A DNA stretch of 64,000 nucleotides from Bacteroidia bacterium (GCA_020847635.1 JADLBQ010000019.1:7686-71685), one strand, 5' to 3'. Positions 10,036 through 21,430 are shown, numbered from the stretch's first letter. A program made the numbers and translations. The notes: generated by a model from the sequence alone, not told the origin.

Positions 10036-13000
10036 ATGAAAAAAAAATCCTTTCTGTTTTTTCTTTTTTTGCAAATAGTTGCATTCAGTTCAGATGGGCT
10101 TGCCCAAATTTCAACATCGAATGGTAATGGCGACTGGAATAATCCGGCTACATGGAGTCCGGCTGGTGTTCCTGCAATTAATAATGACGTAATTATCAGA
10201 CCGCAGGATTCAGTTTGGGTTAGCAATCCAACCCAGGTTGTTAATGATCTGACAATTAACGGAATTCTTTCAGTTAGCAATGTTGCTTCAGCTCATCTTT
10301 CATTTGACGGAGACTTGTCGGTTAACGGGAAGTTATATAATAATGGGAAGATTGAAATGGTGACCTATGGTAAAGCATTTAATATGGGGCCTAACTCGCA
10401 TTACTTCCACAATCCGTTGAATAATCTCAATGTGGATGTCTTTTCTCAGGGAATTGAAAATTTTAATCCGACAAGTACACTTGTTATGATGAATTGGGAT
10501 GATGAAAGCATTCCTTTAGGATCTTCTTCTCGGGTGACAAGTGATTTTGGGAATGTTGTCCTGTGTTACAATTCAGCAACAACCTGGGAGCAGCGTGGAA
10601 GATTTGGACCTCCGGGAAATGCAAACCGTGTAAAAGGCAGTTTTACTGTTTCAGCCGGCATCATTAGCATGGATGACGGATCTTCTTCTCCTACATCTTC
10701 TTTAACGCTGCAAACGGTTCTGATTACAGGCACTGCAAATGTTATTTTTCAAAAGGGACCCAACCGGAATCTGACATTAATTACAGGTAATTTTACAGAT
10801 AATAGTTCAAGTACACTGGCAACCATACTTAAAGAGAATTGTTATGCAACTCTTGACTGGACTGTCAATGGTAACCTTAACTTGAGTCATCAGTTTATCG
10901 GAATTTTAGGGACTTTAAATGAGAGCACAGTAGGGCGACTCACTGTAAACGGGAATTTTACTATTTCCGGAGGCAGCTTTGAATATTGCTCTAAGGTTAA
11001 CGGGCTTACCGAAATAACAGTAACAGGTAATACAAGCATATCGGGTACAACTTCAAAAGTAAGATTCTCTGACGGGAACAACCAAAACATGAATTTTACA
11101 ACCAACAATTTTTTGGTTTCTGCCTGTAACGAGATTGTTCTGTTCGGTGGTAATCCTGCTGTAAGTCCTCCGGGCGGAACACCTACAGTAATTGTAAATA
11201 ACGATTTTCTGTTATCAGGTCCCTGTTCAGTAACCATACTTGATTCATGTGGTTCAACCCGAAAGACCCTGCTTGACGTTGGAAGAGATCTAATATCCAG
11301 TGACCCTGCAGCTAATTTGCAACTTGCCGATAACAGGGGGCCTGTTACCCTTCGGGTAGGGAGGCATCTTTCTTACAATGGCGGAAGTTTTATTGGTCAG
11401 GCAAGTAATAATTCAACTGCAGTTGATTCGGTAATTGTGGCAGGTAATTATACCTTTAATTCATCCACAAATTCAAATTACTTCAGGCTAAATTACGGGA
11501 AAGGGGCTTCCTATTTTCACGTCAATGGTAACATGTCTGTTTTAAATTCAGGTACTGCTGACGGTGAAGGGGTATGCCTGGTATATATTCCATTGTTAAC
11601 AGATGTGGATTTGGGCACTGGAATGTGTAATGTTAATATTGGAGGTACATATACCCAAAGCGGAGGCAGATTTACAGGTATATACAGAGGAGCCGGAATA
11701 TTAAATTTTAATTGTACAGCAGGACTTTTTGATATGAACGGGGGGCACTTCTACGGGATTTATAATATTGATACCATAGCATCAGGAGAAGCAACGTTTA
11801 ATCTTAAGGGTATTGATTATGATGGAGGGTTTTTTGTCGCTCATAATGGAAATACAGCTTCAGGAAAGACCTTAACTATTAATGTTACAGATAATTGCAA
11901 GATTAATTTTACCTCAGTTTCGGATCAATTCTGCTTTATTGGTAGATTGTATGTGCAAACAGCAATCAATGCATTAATGTTAAACGTTAACATCGGTGGA
12001 AACCTTACTTTTTCAGGATTAAATGGAAGTTTTATTTCTACTCATTCATCAGGGACTGAGACAATTGTGGTTAACGGAAATATGACTGTCTCGGGCGGAA
12101 TAAATTATTTTAATGTGTTTCCAAATTCTGGTTACCAGACTAACGGTCACCTGGTAAATATGACTGTTTTTGGCAATGTTACTGTAACCGGTGGGTTAAT
12201 TACATTATCAGCTGAACTTGGTACCCTGATTGGAGAATTTAAGCAGAACTTAACAATTAGTAATGGTGATTTTATTTTAAAATCAGGTTATGGAGGTGGT
12301 ACTTTGAGTATAAACGGAGGTTTTAGCCAAACAGGTGGAACAACCCAACTTTACAAGAATATCATTTATAGCAATAATATGGTGATTCAAATGATTGTAA
12401 ATGCTGATAATGATAATTCAGGAGATTTTTCACATACGGGAGGAACAATCAGTTTCAGTGATAATAATGCTCCTAATTCAACAGAAAATGTTATCTCGAT
12501 TAAGTCTCCAAACTTCTCAATTGGGGGCAGCGGAGTGATCACATCAGCAGGAGCAGGGAATTCATTGTTACTTGGCATTATTGAATTTTCAAGGACAGGA
12601 GGCACTACCAATTTCTCAAGAACTGGGAATACACATAATATAACTCAAACGCGTTACCTGATAACAACAGATGTTACTGTTGAAGTGGTAACAGGTAATA
12701 TGCAGCTTGCTTCACATACCAATAGTGCAGTTGTTGATATGTTAAAAATAAATGCAAATGGTGTTCTGTGGCTCCATTCTGCAAATCAGATCTTTTCAAA
12801 TGGTACATATCCATTTTGTAATATTCTGACACTTAATTTCAGCAGAATTAAAATCGAAAATATCTATGGATTATATAATGGGGCAACTACTGCCGCCTTT
12901 AATGCCAGTAATAATCTGAATTTCTCCCTTGCTACAGGTAACTTTATTGAATATTGTGGAACAGCAAATCAGATAGTTACAGGTTTAGGTGTAGGTATTG

Positions 13001-14274
13001 CCACTTTGCAGCAACATAAGTATGGAGCACTGGAAATCAACCACCAGGGAATTCCCGGAACAAATTATGTTTATCCAGCTGCAGATTTAAGTGTGTTTGT
13101 AAAATATAAACTGGTTCTTACTCAAGGTGAGTTTAACCTTGATCCGGATAACAATCCGGCAACATTGAACGGGAGAAAAATTACCATTGAAACAGCTTCT
13201 CCACTGGGGATTACCCGAACCAATGGTTATATAAAAAGTGAAACCCGTAACGGAAGTGCAGCAGTGAGGTGGTTCATGGGTACTGTTAATAGTGGAGCAG
13301 TGAGAATAATTCCATTCGGTGTTGATCCTTCGAACTATATCCCGGTTAAGATTACAATCCCTTCTGGAGCAGCCGATACGGTGACAATCGCTACCTACCA
13401 TACTCCATTACCTGACAATGTTCCTTTTCCACCAACTGTTTCTCATCTCAATGACCTATCTGGAATTGACAATAGCGTAGAAACCGTTGACCGGTTCTGG
13501 TATATAAACTTTAAAATGACTCCTGCATCAGTAAATTACGAATTTAATTATCTGGCATCCGAAGCTGCGATGCTGTCAGGTCTACCTAATGCACAAAAGT
13601 GGAGATTCCCTGGAGCTACTGCATGGACTTTCCCCTATCCTGGTGTTCAATCAAATATTGCAAATGGCGTAGTTGCTAATGGAATTTCGGATATGTCCGG
13701 CTGGTGGGCTTTATCTGCCATTACAAGTCCGCTACCTGTTGCTTTGCTGAGTTTTGAAGTTGCTTGTGAAAATGATATGCCTGTCCTTAAGTGGGTTACA
13801 GCCTCAGAAAGAGATAATGATTATTTCACAGTACTTAAAAGTGATAATGGAAAGGATTTTAAGATTCTGGGGAAGGTAGAAGGACAGGGAACCACATCAG
13901 TTTCGCATTCCTATTATTTTATTGATAAAACAAAGTCAAACAGATTGACCTATTATAAGCTTGCGCAAACAGACTTTGACGGTAAGAGTTCAGATTTTGA
14001 GGTGATTGGATTTAATGGTTGTCAACAAAATTTCCAAATGGATGTAAGAGTAGTTGAAAGGAATTTGTTGATTACAGTTCCTGCAGACGGTGATTACCAG
14101 TTGCTTATTACCGATATCTCCGGAAGGGAAATTTTAAATGATCAGCTGAGAGGTCTTAATAAAGGTGTGAACCACAGGGAAATGAATTTATCTGATTTCT
14201 CGAATGGAATTTATCTTGTAAGAATTGCCAATTGGGAAAAAAGTGTAGTCACTAAATTTTTTATTTCAAGGTAG
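10036..14274 (+). CDS. Very large (1412 aa) secreted protein with T9SS C-terminal sorting domain; putative beta-helical adhesin-like surface protein
   Basis: Signal peptide MKKKSFLFFLFLQIVAFSSDGLAQ. A long G/N/T/S-rich region has recurring ..GN.T.SGG.. / ..NGN(L/M/F)T(V/F)SG.. units. The CTD ends ...GIYLVRIANWEKSVVTKFFISR. Confidence 0.7.
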   Translation: MKKKSFLFFLFLQIVAFSSDGLAQISTSNGNGDWNNPATWSPAGVPAINNDVIIRPQDSVWVSNPTQVVNDLTINGILSVSNVASAHLSFDGDLSVNGKLYNNGKIEMVTYGKAFNMGPNSHYFHNPLNNLNVDVFSQGIENFNPTSTLVMMNWDDESIPLGSSSRVTSDFGNVVLCYNSATTWEQRGRFGPPGNANRVKGSFTVSAGIISMDDGSSSPTSSLTLQTVLITGTANVIFQKGPNRNLTLITGNFTDNSSSTLATILKENCYATLDWTVNGNLNLSHQFIGILGTLNESTVGRLTVNGNFTISGGSFEYCSKVNGLTEITVTGNTSISGTTSKVRFSDGNNQNMNFTTNNFLVSACNEIVLFGGNPAVSPPGGTPTVIVNNDFLLSGPCSVTILDSCGSTRKTLLDVGRDLISSDPAANLQLADNRGPVTLRVGRHLSYNGGSFIGQASNNSTAVDSVIVAGNYTFNSSTNSNYFRLNYGKGASYFHVNGNMSVLNSGTADGEGVCLVYIPLLTDVDLGTGMCNVNIGGTYTQSGGRFTGIYRGAGILNFNCTAGLFDMNGGHFYGIYNIDTIASGEATFNLKGIDYDGGFFVAHNGNTASGKTLTINVTDNCKINFTSVSDQFCFIGRLYVQTAINALMLNVNIGGNLTFSGLNGSFISTHSSGTETIVVNGNMTVSGGINYFNVFPNSGYQTNGHLVNMTVFGNVTVTGGLITLSAELGTLIGEFKQNLTISNGDFILKSGYGGGTLSINGGFSQTGGTTQLYKNIIYSNNMVIQMIVNADNDNSGDFSHTGGTISFSDNNAPNSTENVISIKSPNFSIGGSGVITSAGAGNSLLLGIIEFSRTGGTTNFSRTGNTHNITQTRYLITTDVTVEVVTGNMQLASHTNSAVVDMLKINANGVLWLHSANQIFSNGTYPFCNILTLNFSRIKIENIYGLYNGATTAAFNASNNLNFSLATGNFIEYCGTANQIVTGLGVGIATLQQHKYGALEINHQGIPGTNYVYPAADLSVFVKYKLVLTQGEFNLDPDNNPATLNGRKITIETASPLGITRTNGYIKSETRNGSAAVRWFMGTVNSGAVRIIPFGVDPSNYIPVKITIPSGAADTVTIATYHTPLPDNVPFPPTVSHLNDLSGIDNSVETVDRFWYINFKMTPASVNYEFNYLASEAAMLSGLPNAQKWRFPGATAWTFPYPGVQSNIANGVVANGISDMSGWWALSAITSPLPVALLSFEVACENDMPVLKWVTASERDNDYFTVLKSDNGKDFKILGKVEGQGTTSVSHSYYFIDKTKSNRLTYYKLAQTDFDGKSSDFEVIGFNGCQQNFQMDVRVVERNLLITVPADGDYQLLITDISGREILNDQLRGLNKGVNHREMNLSDFSNGIYLVRIANWEKSVVTKFFISR

Positions 14275-15753
14275 TTATTCCTGGATAATCAAAACGCCTC
14301 CATGAGGATAGCTTTTTTTAATCATTAACGGTTTCTCTATATTCAGTTTGTTGAAATCATCTGCATCCAGCAGTAATATGGATGCTGTTTTATAATTCTC
14401 TGCATTAATTCGTTTCGGACTGATATCAATTGAATCGCTGTTGTATCTTTCAAGGTAATACTTCAGGGGCATTTCTAATTCAAGACTTGTGACCAGGTTA
14501 AACTTTCGGCCTTTGTCAGCATACAAATTATAAATATCTACTGCCATGAGTTTAGTATCGGCATCTTTTTGCCATTCAAAATAGATTAACTTCTTGTAGC
14601 CGGAGGAAAAATGCCAGACTAATATTAAGATATAGCAAACTATCAGAATTCGAGAAGTATTTTGCAGATGCCCGATTTGTATGAATGACAGGCTAATAAA
14701 GAACACCAGTAGGAGATATAGGTATAAGGCTGTCCTTTCTCTTGGGAAAGGAATATTAAAAATCAGATTTAAAAGTACAGATAAGAGAAAGGTGAGAACA
14801 ACTGTTAAAATTATAAGCATAGTAATTTGACCCGAAGAATCAGTTATTGATTTCTTTATGCCCCTAGTCAGTTGAATTAGTGAAACGATACCTAATATCA
14901 ATACCCCGCTTAGTAAACTGTAACGAACAAATAGATTCTGATTTAGGTACATAGAGTTAGCGATAATTGAACCCGGTGAATCATAAAGGAATCCGGTATT
15001 ACCACCAAAAAGGAAAGCATTGTAGTGAACTAATAATGACAGATAAGTTATGCATAGCAGAAGAAATAAAAGATAGGATAGATGCAGGAATCCGGGTATT
15101 ACCCTGATTTGGCTATAGCAGGCAGCAAGAATCCCTTTCGTATTAATAAGCTTGGCAGATTTCATATACCTCAATACAGGGAGTAATAAAAAAATAAGGA
15201 AATAAAGAATGCCAGCTATGCTCACTAACCATAACCCTGCAGAGAGCATCCCAGCGGATAAAATGATGTAGAGCCGGAGAAAGCGGGGCTTGTTAGTGTT
15301 GTAATATTGATAAAGAAAAACCAGTGAACCCAATAACAGGGTATGAGCTAATCCATAGCCTCGTGATAATGAAAAAAAATCATTCCAGTATGGATTTAAG
15401 TTAAGAAGGGCAAATATGAGTAGAGCTAAGATAAAATCCTTGCATCGCAAAGCAAACCAAATGCTAAAGGCTAAATAAATACCATAGAAGAAAAGATTAG
15501 CAGCCCGTAATGACAGCTCTGAACTTCCAAAAAGTTGATAGCATACTGAACTGAGCAATGTGTTCAGAAAATGATTATTAGCAGCCATTCCTGCACCACT
15601 GCCGGGAAACATATTACTGGTCTTTAAAAAATTAAAATAAGTAAATGATTCATCCCAGGTAATAGGAACGATTGCTGCTTTTATACAGGAGGCAGCAAAA
15701 AGAAGAAATCCTGCACCCATTAATAACTGAGTGCGCCAATGAGGTAATTGCAT
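14275..15753 (-). CDS. Polytopic integral membrane protein, possibly a GT-C type (ArnT/PMT-like) glycosyltransferase
   Basis: 492 aa with more than 10 predicted hydrophobic helices followed by a soluble C-terminal domain. The family assignment is tentative. Its stop directly abuts the stop of the convergent 10036..14274 gene. Confidence 0.4.
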   Translation of the reverse strand: MQLPHWRTQLLMGAGFLLFAASCIKAAIVPITWDESFTYFNFLKTSNMFPGSGAGMAANNHFLNTLLSSVCYQLFGSSELSLRAANLFFYGIYLAFSIWFALRCKDFILALLIFALLNLNPYWNDFFSLSRGYGLAHTLLLGSLVFLYQYYNTNKPRFLRLYIILSAGMLSAGLWLVSIAGILYFLIFLLLPVLRYMKSAKLINTKGILAACYSQIRVIPGFLHLSYLLFLLLCITYLSLLVHYNAFLFGGNTGFLYDSPGSIIANSMYLNQNLFVRYSLLSGVLILGIVSLIQLTRGIKKSITDSSGQITMLIILTVVLTFLLSVLLNLIFNIPFPRERTALYLYLLLVFFISLSFIQIGHLQNTSRILIVCYILILVWHFSSGYKKLIYFEWQKDADTKLMAVDIYNLYADKGRKFNLVTSLELEMPLKYYLERYNSDSIDISPKRINAENYKTASILLLDADDFNKLNIEKPLMIKKSYPHGGVLIIQE

Positions 15754-15806
15754 ATACCGCAGCTCATGCTAACGGTAAAGATATTTTCTTTTTACTTGTT
15801 AGCTGG

Positions 15807-16691
15807 CTAATTCCATGAAACAGCCTGACCTAGTTTTACTGTCTGAACATTCAAAACTTCATAAGATGAAGCTGTGTTGCCTGTTTTAGTAATAAAGGCA
15901 ACTATGAATGTATTAGCCGAATTGAATCCGTTTATTGAAGTGTTAAATGTTTTGGTGTAAATTCCGTTTTTAATAGTATAGGACGATGGAATAACATCAC
16001 CACCGGTTGCTGTCAAAATTTTTCTGACTACTCTGTCGTGCTGATAATTATTGATAGGATTCCCCTGGTTGTAAAATAAACTTCCCGGTGAGGTGTTAAA
16101 TCCATTTGACTGATTCCATCCTGGTCCGCTTTTAATAATCTTATCTTCTACAAGATATATACTAAGTGTTAAAGCAGATGAGAGATCAGCAATAAAGCCG
16201 GTTTTTACCTCAATTGTGGCATTTAAGCCTGATATAGAAGAGCTGATAGATAGCCCGCAGTTCGCAATTCGGTTCAGAGCAGCTGTTGCATTACTCATCC
16301 ATTGATTTGAATTCAAAACTACATTTCCTAAAGAAGGTAGGCGGCTGATCATTCCTGACGGGATCCCAACACCCAGCGTGGAAAAATACCAGGGATAGGA
16401 AGGGCTTGCCATGCTGTCGTTAGTATGAATGGTTACACTAATGACCCGGCCAGGATAGGTATTGGTAACCTGATCACGTTTATAATCAGATTCAGGACAG
16501 GTTGAGCACCAGGTACCGGTAAAAGTCTCCAGCAAGGCTCTTTGAGTAAATGAACCTGGTAATTGATTATTATTCTGTGTCGGAGGTTGATTCTGTTCCG
16601 GAGTTATCGTGTCCTTTTCTTTACTACAAGATAGAAATACAGATAAACAAATAATCAGAAATGTTCTTCCAATAATCAAAGTTTTCATCAT
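15807..16691 (-). CDS. Omp28-related / thioredoxin-fold outer-membrane lipoprotein
   Basis: 294 aa. Lipoprotein-type signal (..LSVFLSCSKEKD). Motif ETFTGTWCSTCPE is typical of the Omp28-related family. Confidence 0.5.
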   Translation of the reverse strand: MMKTLIIGRTFLIICLSVFLSCSKEKDTITPEQNQPPTQNNNQLPGSFTQRALLETFTGTWCSTCPESDYKRDQVTNTYPGRVISVTIHTNDSMASPSYPWYFSTLGVGIPSGMISRLPSLGNVVLNSNQWMSNATAALNRIANCGLSISSSISGLNATIEVKTGFIADLSSALTLSIYLVEDKIIKSGPGWNQSNGFNTSPGSLFYNQGNPINNYQHDRVVRKILTATGGDVIPSSYTIKNGIYTKTFNTSINGFNSANTFIVAFITKTGNTASSYEVLNVQTVKLGQAVSWN

Positions 16692-16784
16692 TTAAGATCC
16701 ATTAGTCGCATGGTTTCCTAATTTAGTTCGTATATGGATGCTTATTTGCAGAAATTTGCCATAACTTACAAAAACTAACAATTT

Positions 16785-17249
16785 ATGAGTTATCCGTTTA
16801 ATATCCGTGTTTATGGCATTCTTATCAAGGAAAACAATCTATTAGTCAGTCATGAATATTTCTTTAGAACGAACATGATTAAATTTCCCGGAGGAGGCCT
16901 TCAGTTTGGGGAAGGGACTAAAGAAGCAGTTGTCCGGGAATTTAAGGAAGAACTTAATATTACAATTGAAGTTAAATCTCATCTTTATACAACAGACTTT
17001 TTTATTCCTTCTGCTTTTGAAAAGCAAAAGCAAATAATCAGTATTTATTACTTAGTTGATTCAAATGAGACAATATCTAAGTCATTGTTTAAACAGCCTT
17101 TGGGAAGGAAGGAAGATTATTTTTATTTGAGCTGGATTCCTGTTTGTAACATAGAGGCACAGTTATTCACCTTTCCTGGTGATCAGAAAGCCTTTGAAAT
17201 AATAAAGAAAGTTCTGTCAAAAAAGCCTTACTCTGAACAACAGGAATAA
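16785..17249 (+). CDS. NUDIX hydrolase
   Basis: Nudix box GGGLQFGEGTKEAVVREFKEELNI (GX5EX7REUXEEXGU). Confidence 0.8.
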   Translation: MSYPFNIRVYGILIKENNLLVSHEYFFRTNMIKFPGGGLQFGEGTKEAVVREFKEELNITIEVKSHLYTTDFFIPSAFEKQKQIISIYYLVDSNETISKSLFKQPLGRKEDYFYLSWIPVCNIEAQLFTFPGDQKAFEIIKKVLSKKPYSEQQE

Positions 17250-17251
17250 AA

Positions 17252-17278
17252 AAAGCCTCATTTGGCTGATGAGGCTTT
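17252..17278. terminator. Bidirectional intrinsic terminator between convergent genes
   Basis: aaagcctcat / atgaggcttt 10-bp stem with a 7-nt loop, flanked by an A-run on the left and a T-run on the right. Confidence 0.7.
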
Positions 17279-17300
17279 TGGTTGTTACTTAAGGAAACGC

Positions 17301-17750
17301 TTACTTAACCGTTTCACTATTTGATTTATTAAGTACTCCGTTCAAAACAAATGAGACAGCAGATTCATTGGCTGGCTGAAGACTGTACTTCCCGGTAATG
17401 TTTTCACCTTTGATTGTACCGATATAAGATTTTAATCCTTCAGGTGTTCCAATAACCGCCTGAAAGTTAATGGTTCCATCGGCTTCCTGCCATGCAGCAA
17501 ACCTTGACACTTCTGCACTTGAACTTTTGCCATCTTTTGTTTCAAAACTGCCATTCTCAAAGCGTATGAAATCCTTAATAGCTTGCCCCTGGTTTTCTGC
17601 ATGGATTAATAAGCTAAACTGCTTTCCTTCTAAAAACTGCTGTGCAGCAACTTGCTTTTGTTGCATATCCTGATTTTGTGCAAAAATCAAGGTAGGAATA
17701 AACGATAATAATAGTAAAATGAGAGAAGAGGGTGTTAATTTGTTTTTCAT
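17301..17750 (-). CDS. Secreted hypothetical protein
   Basis: 149 aa with signal peptide (..LLLLSFIPTLIFAQ). No recognisable motif. Confidence 0.5.
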   Translation of the reverse strand: MKNKLTPSSLILLLLSFIPTLIFAQNQDMQQKQVAAQQFLEGKQFSLLIHAENQGQAIKDFIRFENGSFETKDGKSSSAEVSRFAAWQEADGTINFQAVIGTPEGLKSYIGTIKGENITGKYSLQPANESAVSFVLNGVLNKSNSETVK

Positions 17751-17821
17751 TTACGTTGGTTTTAAATATGTGCTAAAATACTATTTATTTCAAAAAATAC
17801 AAGAGAGGTAATTCAAAATTT

Positions 17822-19756
17822 TTAAACAGGATGTAAGACAGGAGCTTCATATAGCTGACGTACAGCATCCTTAATTGCTACCGCATCATAATTACACTCC
17901 CGGTACAATTCCCTTTGCTCTCCATGCTCAATAAACCGGTCAGGAATTCCAAGCCTTACTATGGTTGATTGACACTTGTGGTCAGCTGCAAACTCCAGAA
18001 TTGCACTGCCAAATCCTCCTTTCAGGCAACCGTCTTCAACCGTGATTATTTTCCTGTATTTCTGAAAAATCTGATGGAGTAAATCTTCATCTAGTGGTTT
18101 TACAAAACGCATGTCAAAATGGGCAGGGAATATGCCTTCTTTTCTTAATTCATCACAAGCTTTTACTGCAAAATTACCGGGATGGCCGATCGTGAGTATG
18201 GCAGTATCTTCACCTTCACGAATTACCCTGCCGGTTCCGATTGTTATTTCTTTAAAGGGCTTCTTCCAGTCAACCATCACTCCGCTACCCCTCGGATACC
18301 GGATACTGAAAGGACTTCGTTCACGGAGCTGGGCTGAATACATCAGGTTCCGCAACTCTTCTTCATTCATTGGAGCACTGACTATCATATTCGGAATACA
18401 ACGCAGGTATGCATAATCAAAAGCACCATGATGTGTAGGCCCGTCTGCTCCTGCCAGGCCCCCCCGGTCAAGACAGAAAATAACATGCAGGTTCTGAAGC
18501 GCAACATCATGGATAACCTGATCATATCCCCGCTGCATAAAACTCGAATAAATGTTGCAGAATGGGATAAGACCCTGAGTAGCCAAACCAGCAGAAAAAG
18601 TAACAGCATGTTGTTCAGCGATTCCCACATCAAAAGCACGGTCTGGAATTTCTTTCATCATTATATCAAGTGAGCAGCCTGAGATCATTGCCGGTGTTAT
18701 GCCTACTATTTTGTTGTTCTTTCTTGCCAGTTCAACAATTGTATGACCGAATACTTCCTGGTATTTTGGTGGCTGCGGTGTCTTGGATGGTGTACTTAAA
18801 ATCTCCCCAGTGATTTTATCAAACAGCCCGGGAGCATGCCATTTGGTCTGATCTTTTTCGGCTTTTTCATAACCTTTTCCTTTGACAGTAAGACAATGAA
18901 GGATTTTGGGCCCAGGAATTCTTTTTAAATCATCCAGAACTTCCACCAGGCGATTGACATCATGTCCATCTACCGGTCCAAAGTAGCGGAAGCGGAGTGA
19001 TTCAAAAAAATTGCTTTGCTTAAGAAGAACAGACTTCAGACCATTCTCAAGCTTCTGAACAATGGATTGAGCATTAGGACCGAATTTGCTGATTTTTCCC
19101 AATAGATTCCAGACTTCGTCTTTAACTTTATTATAAGTTGAGGAGGTAGTGATATCTGTCAGGTATTCTTTTAGAGCACCAACATTCGGTTCAATGCTCA
19201 TACAGTTATCATTAAGAATAACAAGCAGATTTGAGTTTGCAACTCCACCATGGTTTAATGCTTCAAATGCAAGACCTGCTGTCATAGCACCATCTCCGAT
19301 TACAGCAATATGTTGTTTTGAGATATCACCTTTTAGTTTGGAGGCAATTGACATTCCAAGTGCTGCTGATATTGAAGTCGAAGAATGACCTACACCGAAC
19401 GTGTCATATTTACTTTCTGATCTTTTTGGGAAACCACTGATCCCTTTATAAATCCGGTTAGTATGGAAAACAGCTTTTCTGCCGGTAAGAATCTTATGTC
19501 CATAAGCCTGATGACCAACATCCCAGACCAACTGGTCTTCAGGAGTCTTAAAAACATAATGCAGGGCAACCGTCAATTCAACCACTCCAAGACTGGCAGC
19601 AAAATGACCACCATGGAGAGAAACAGTATCAATAATAAAATTTCTCAGTTCAGTACAAACCTGGCGCAATTGTTCCTTAGGAAGTTTTCTTAAATCTTCG
19701 GGAATAGATATTGATGAGAGCAGCGGATATTCTTGTTCCTTATTATTCATTACCAA
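17822..19756 (-). CDS. dxs: 1-deoxy-D-xylulose-5-phosphate synthase
   Basis: 644 aa. Motifs seen: GGHFAASLGVVELTVALHYVF, the GDGAMTAG thiamine-diphosphate motif, DVGIAEQHAVTF. Confidence 0.95.
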   Translation of the reverse strand: MVMNNKEQEYPLLSSISIPEDLRKLPKEQLRQVCTELRNFIIDTVSLHGGHFAASLGVVELTVALHYVFKTPEDQLVWDVGHQAYGHKILTGRKAVFHTNRIYKGISGFPKRSESKYDTFGVGHSSTSISAALGMSIASKLKGDISKQHIAVIGDGAMTAGLAFEALNHGGVANSNLLVILNDNCMSIEPNVGALKEYLTDITTSSTYNKVKDEVWNLLGKISKFGPNAQSIVQKLENGLKSVLLKQSNFFESLRFRYFGPVDGHDVNRLVEVLDDLKRIPGPKILHCLTVKGKGYEKAEKDQTKWHAPGLFDKITGEILSTPSKTPQPPKYQEVFGHTIVELARKNNKIVGITPAMISGCSLDIMMKEIPDRAFDVGIAEQHAVTFSAGLATQGLIPFCNIYSSFMQRGYDQVIHDVALQNLHVIFCLDRGGLAGADGPTHHGAFDYAYLRCIPNMIVSAPMNEEELRNLMYSAQLRERSPFSIRYPRGSGVMVDWKKPFKEITIGTGRVIREGEDTAILTIGHPGNFAVKACDELRKEGIFPAHFDMRFVKPLDEDLLHQIFQKYRKIITVEDGCLKGGFGSAILEFAADHKCQSTIVRLGIPDRFIEHGEQRELYRECNYDAVAIKDAVRQLYEAPVLHPV

Positions 19757-19881
19757 GTCTCAAATTTAATGTTCGCAGTGTTTCTGAAGCTACAAATTTA
19801 AGATAACTAACTGATAACAGGTGCTCAAAAAAAAAGTTTACTATTGAAGTAATAAGGATAAGAAATCCGAAATTCGCTTCC

Positions 19882-21135
19882 ATGAATCGAAATTTAGCCC
19901 TGAGGGTCTTTTTATTACTATTGGTCAGGCCCTGCTTCTCTCAGGATTTAACCTTTACCCGTCAGATTATTGATACATTATGTTCTCCCTCCATGGCCGG
20001 TAGAGGATATGTTAATAAAGGAGAGTATAAAGCAGCGCTTTATATCAGAGACCGGTTTGAAGAATTTGGTTTAAGACCAGTTGGCAAGAATTACTTTCAA
20101 TGTTTTAACATGTCCATTAATACTTTTCCCAAAAAGATTTTTTTACAGATCAATCAAAAGACTCTTCATCCGGGAATTGATTTTCTGGTTGAACCATCCT
20201 CTGGCAAGGGTAAAGGTAAATATGGTGTTTTCAGGGTAGCATCTACTTCAATTCGTGGGAAAAAAGATTTATTAAAAAGGAAGTTTCTTCTGGTAGATAA
20301 AAGTGAGGTAAGTTCAAAAGATGAACAAGCAGCAATGGATTTATGGATGAGCCGGCCAGCCGGAGCTAAAGGAGTAATCATGATTGAAGACAATAAACTT
20401 ACCTGGTCTGTTGCCAGAAAACAAAATAAACATCCTGTTGTAAGAGTGCTGCGAACATCTTTGCCAGAAAAACCAGGAGAAATTTCAATTCGTATAGATT
20501 CAAAATTGAGAAAGAAATATCATACCCAAAATGTAATCGGGCTTATCCCCGGAACTGAAAAACCGGATTCATTTATTGTTTTTACAGCTCACTATGATCA
20601 CCTGGGGATGATGGGTAAGGAAACAATTTTTCCAGGTGCTAATGATAATGCAAGTGGGGTGAGTTTTTTACTGAACCTGGCAAAGCATTATTCTGAAAAA
20701 CCTTCTCCCTACAGTATGGTTTTTATTGCTTTTTCGGCTGAAGAAGCAGGGCTCATAGGCAGTGAGTACTTTGTTAAAAATCCGTCCTTTCCGCTGAAAC
20801 AAATTAAATTTCTGCTTAATTTTGATATCTTAGGTACTGGTGAAGATGGTCTGATGGTGGTGAATGGCGATTACTTCAGGAACTATTATTCTTTGATGGA
20901 TAGCATTAATACTGATAGTAAATATGTTGTTTCCCTTCAGAAACGGGGAAAGGCAAGAAACAGTGATCAGTATTGGTTTACAGAGAAGGGAGTACCGGGT
21001 TTTTTTATTTATACATTAGGAGGGGTAAGCTATTATCATGATATCCGGGATCGTCCTGAAACTTTATCGCTGGCGGCTTATTCAGATATTTTCAGACTGG
21101 TTTTAGATTTTGTAAACCGGCTCAAAGATTTCTGA
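19882..21135 (+). CDS. M28-family zinc aminopeptidase
   Basis: 417 aa with a signal peptide. Motifs seen: HYDHLG, GANDNASGV, SAEEAGLIGS. Confidence 0.75.
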   Translation: MNRNLALRVFLLLLVRPCFSQDLTFTRQIIDTLCSPSMAGRGYVNKGEYKAALYIRDRFEEFGLRPVGKNYFQCFNMSINTFPKKIFLQINQKTLHPGIDFLVEPSSGKGKGKYGVFRVASTSIRGKKDLLKRKFLLVDKSEVSSKDEQAAMDLWMSRPAGAKGVIMIEDNKLTWSVARKQNKHPVVRVLRTSLPEKPGEISIRIDSKLRKKYHTQNVIGLIPGTEKPDSFIVFTAHYDHLGMMGKETIFPGANDNASGVSFLLNLAKHYSEKPSPYSMVFIAFSAEEAGLIGSEYFVKNPSFPLKQIKFLLNFDILGTGEDGLMVVNGDYFRNYYSLMDSINTDSKYVVSLQKRGKARNSDQYWFTEKGVPGFFIYTLGGVSYYHDIRDRPETLSLAAYSDIFRLVLDFVNRLKDF

Positions 21136-21190
21136 AACAGAACAATATTTGGGTTTTATCTGCGTTTTGCCAGTATGAAAAAGTTAAAAT

Positions 21191-21430
21191 GTGCCTATGT
21201 ATCAAAAGATTACTCAAATTGATTTAATCCTCTATTATTACAATGAAACCCAGTTAACTGAAAGTGTCCTGATCCAGAAGGGTATAGACTCTGACCCGGA
21301 AGTGAGAAACTGCTTTGAGTTAATTAAACATTCTGACAGAATGTTAAATGAACTGTTGGAAAGGCCATCCCGGCATTGTTTGGAGGAACTTCTGAATTAT
21401 TCACGGTCACTTATCGCTGAAAAAGAATAA
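21191..21430 (+). CDS. Small hypothetical protein
   Basis: 79-aa ORF filling the gap upstream of nth. No motif recognised. Confidence 0.35.
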   Translation: MPMYQKITQIDLILYYYNETQLTESVLIQKGIDSDPEVRNCFELIKHSDRMLNELLERPSRHCLEELLNYSRSLIAEKE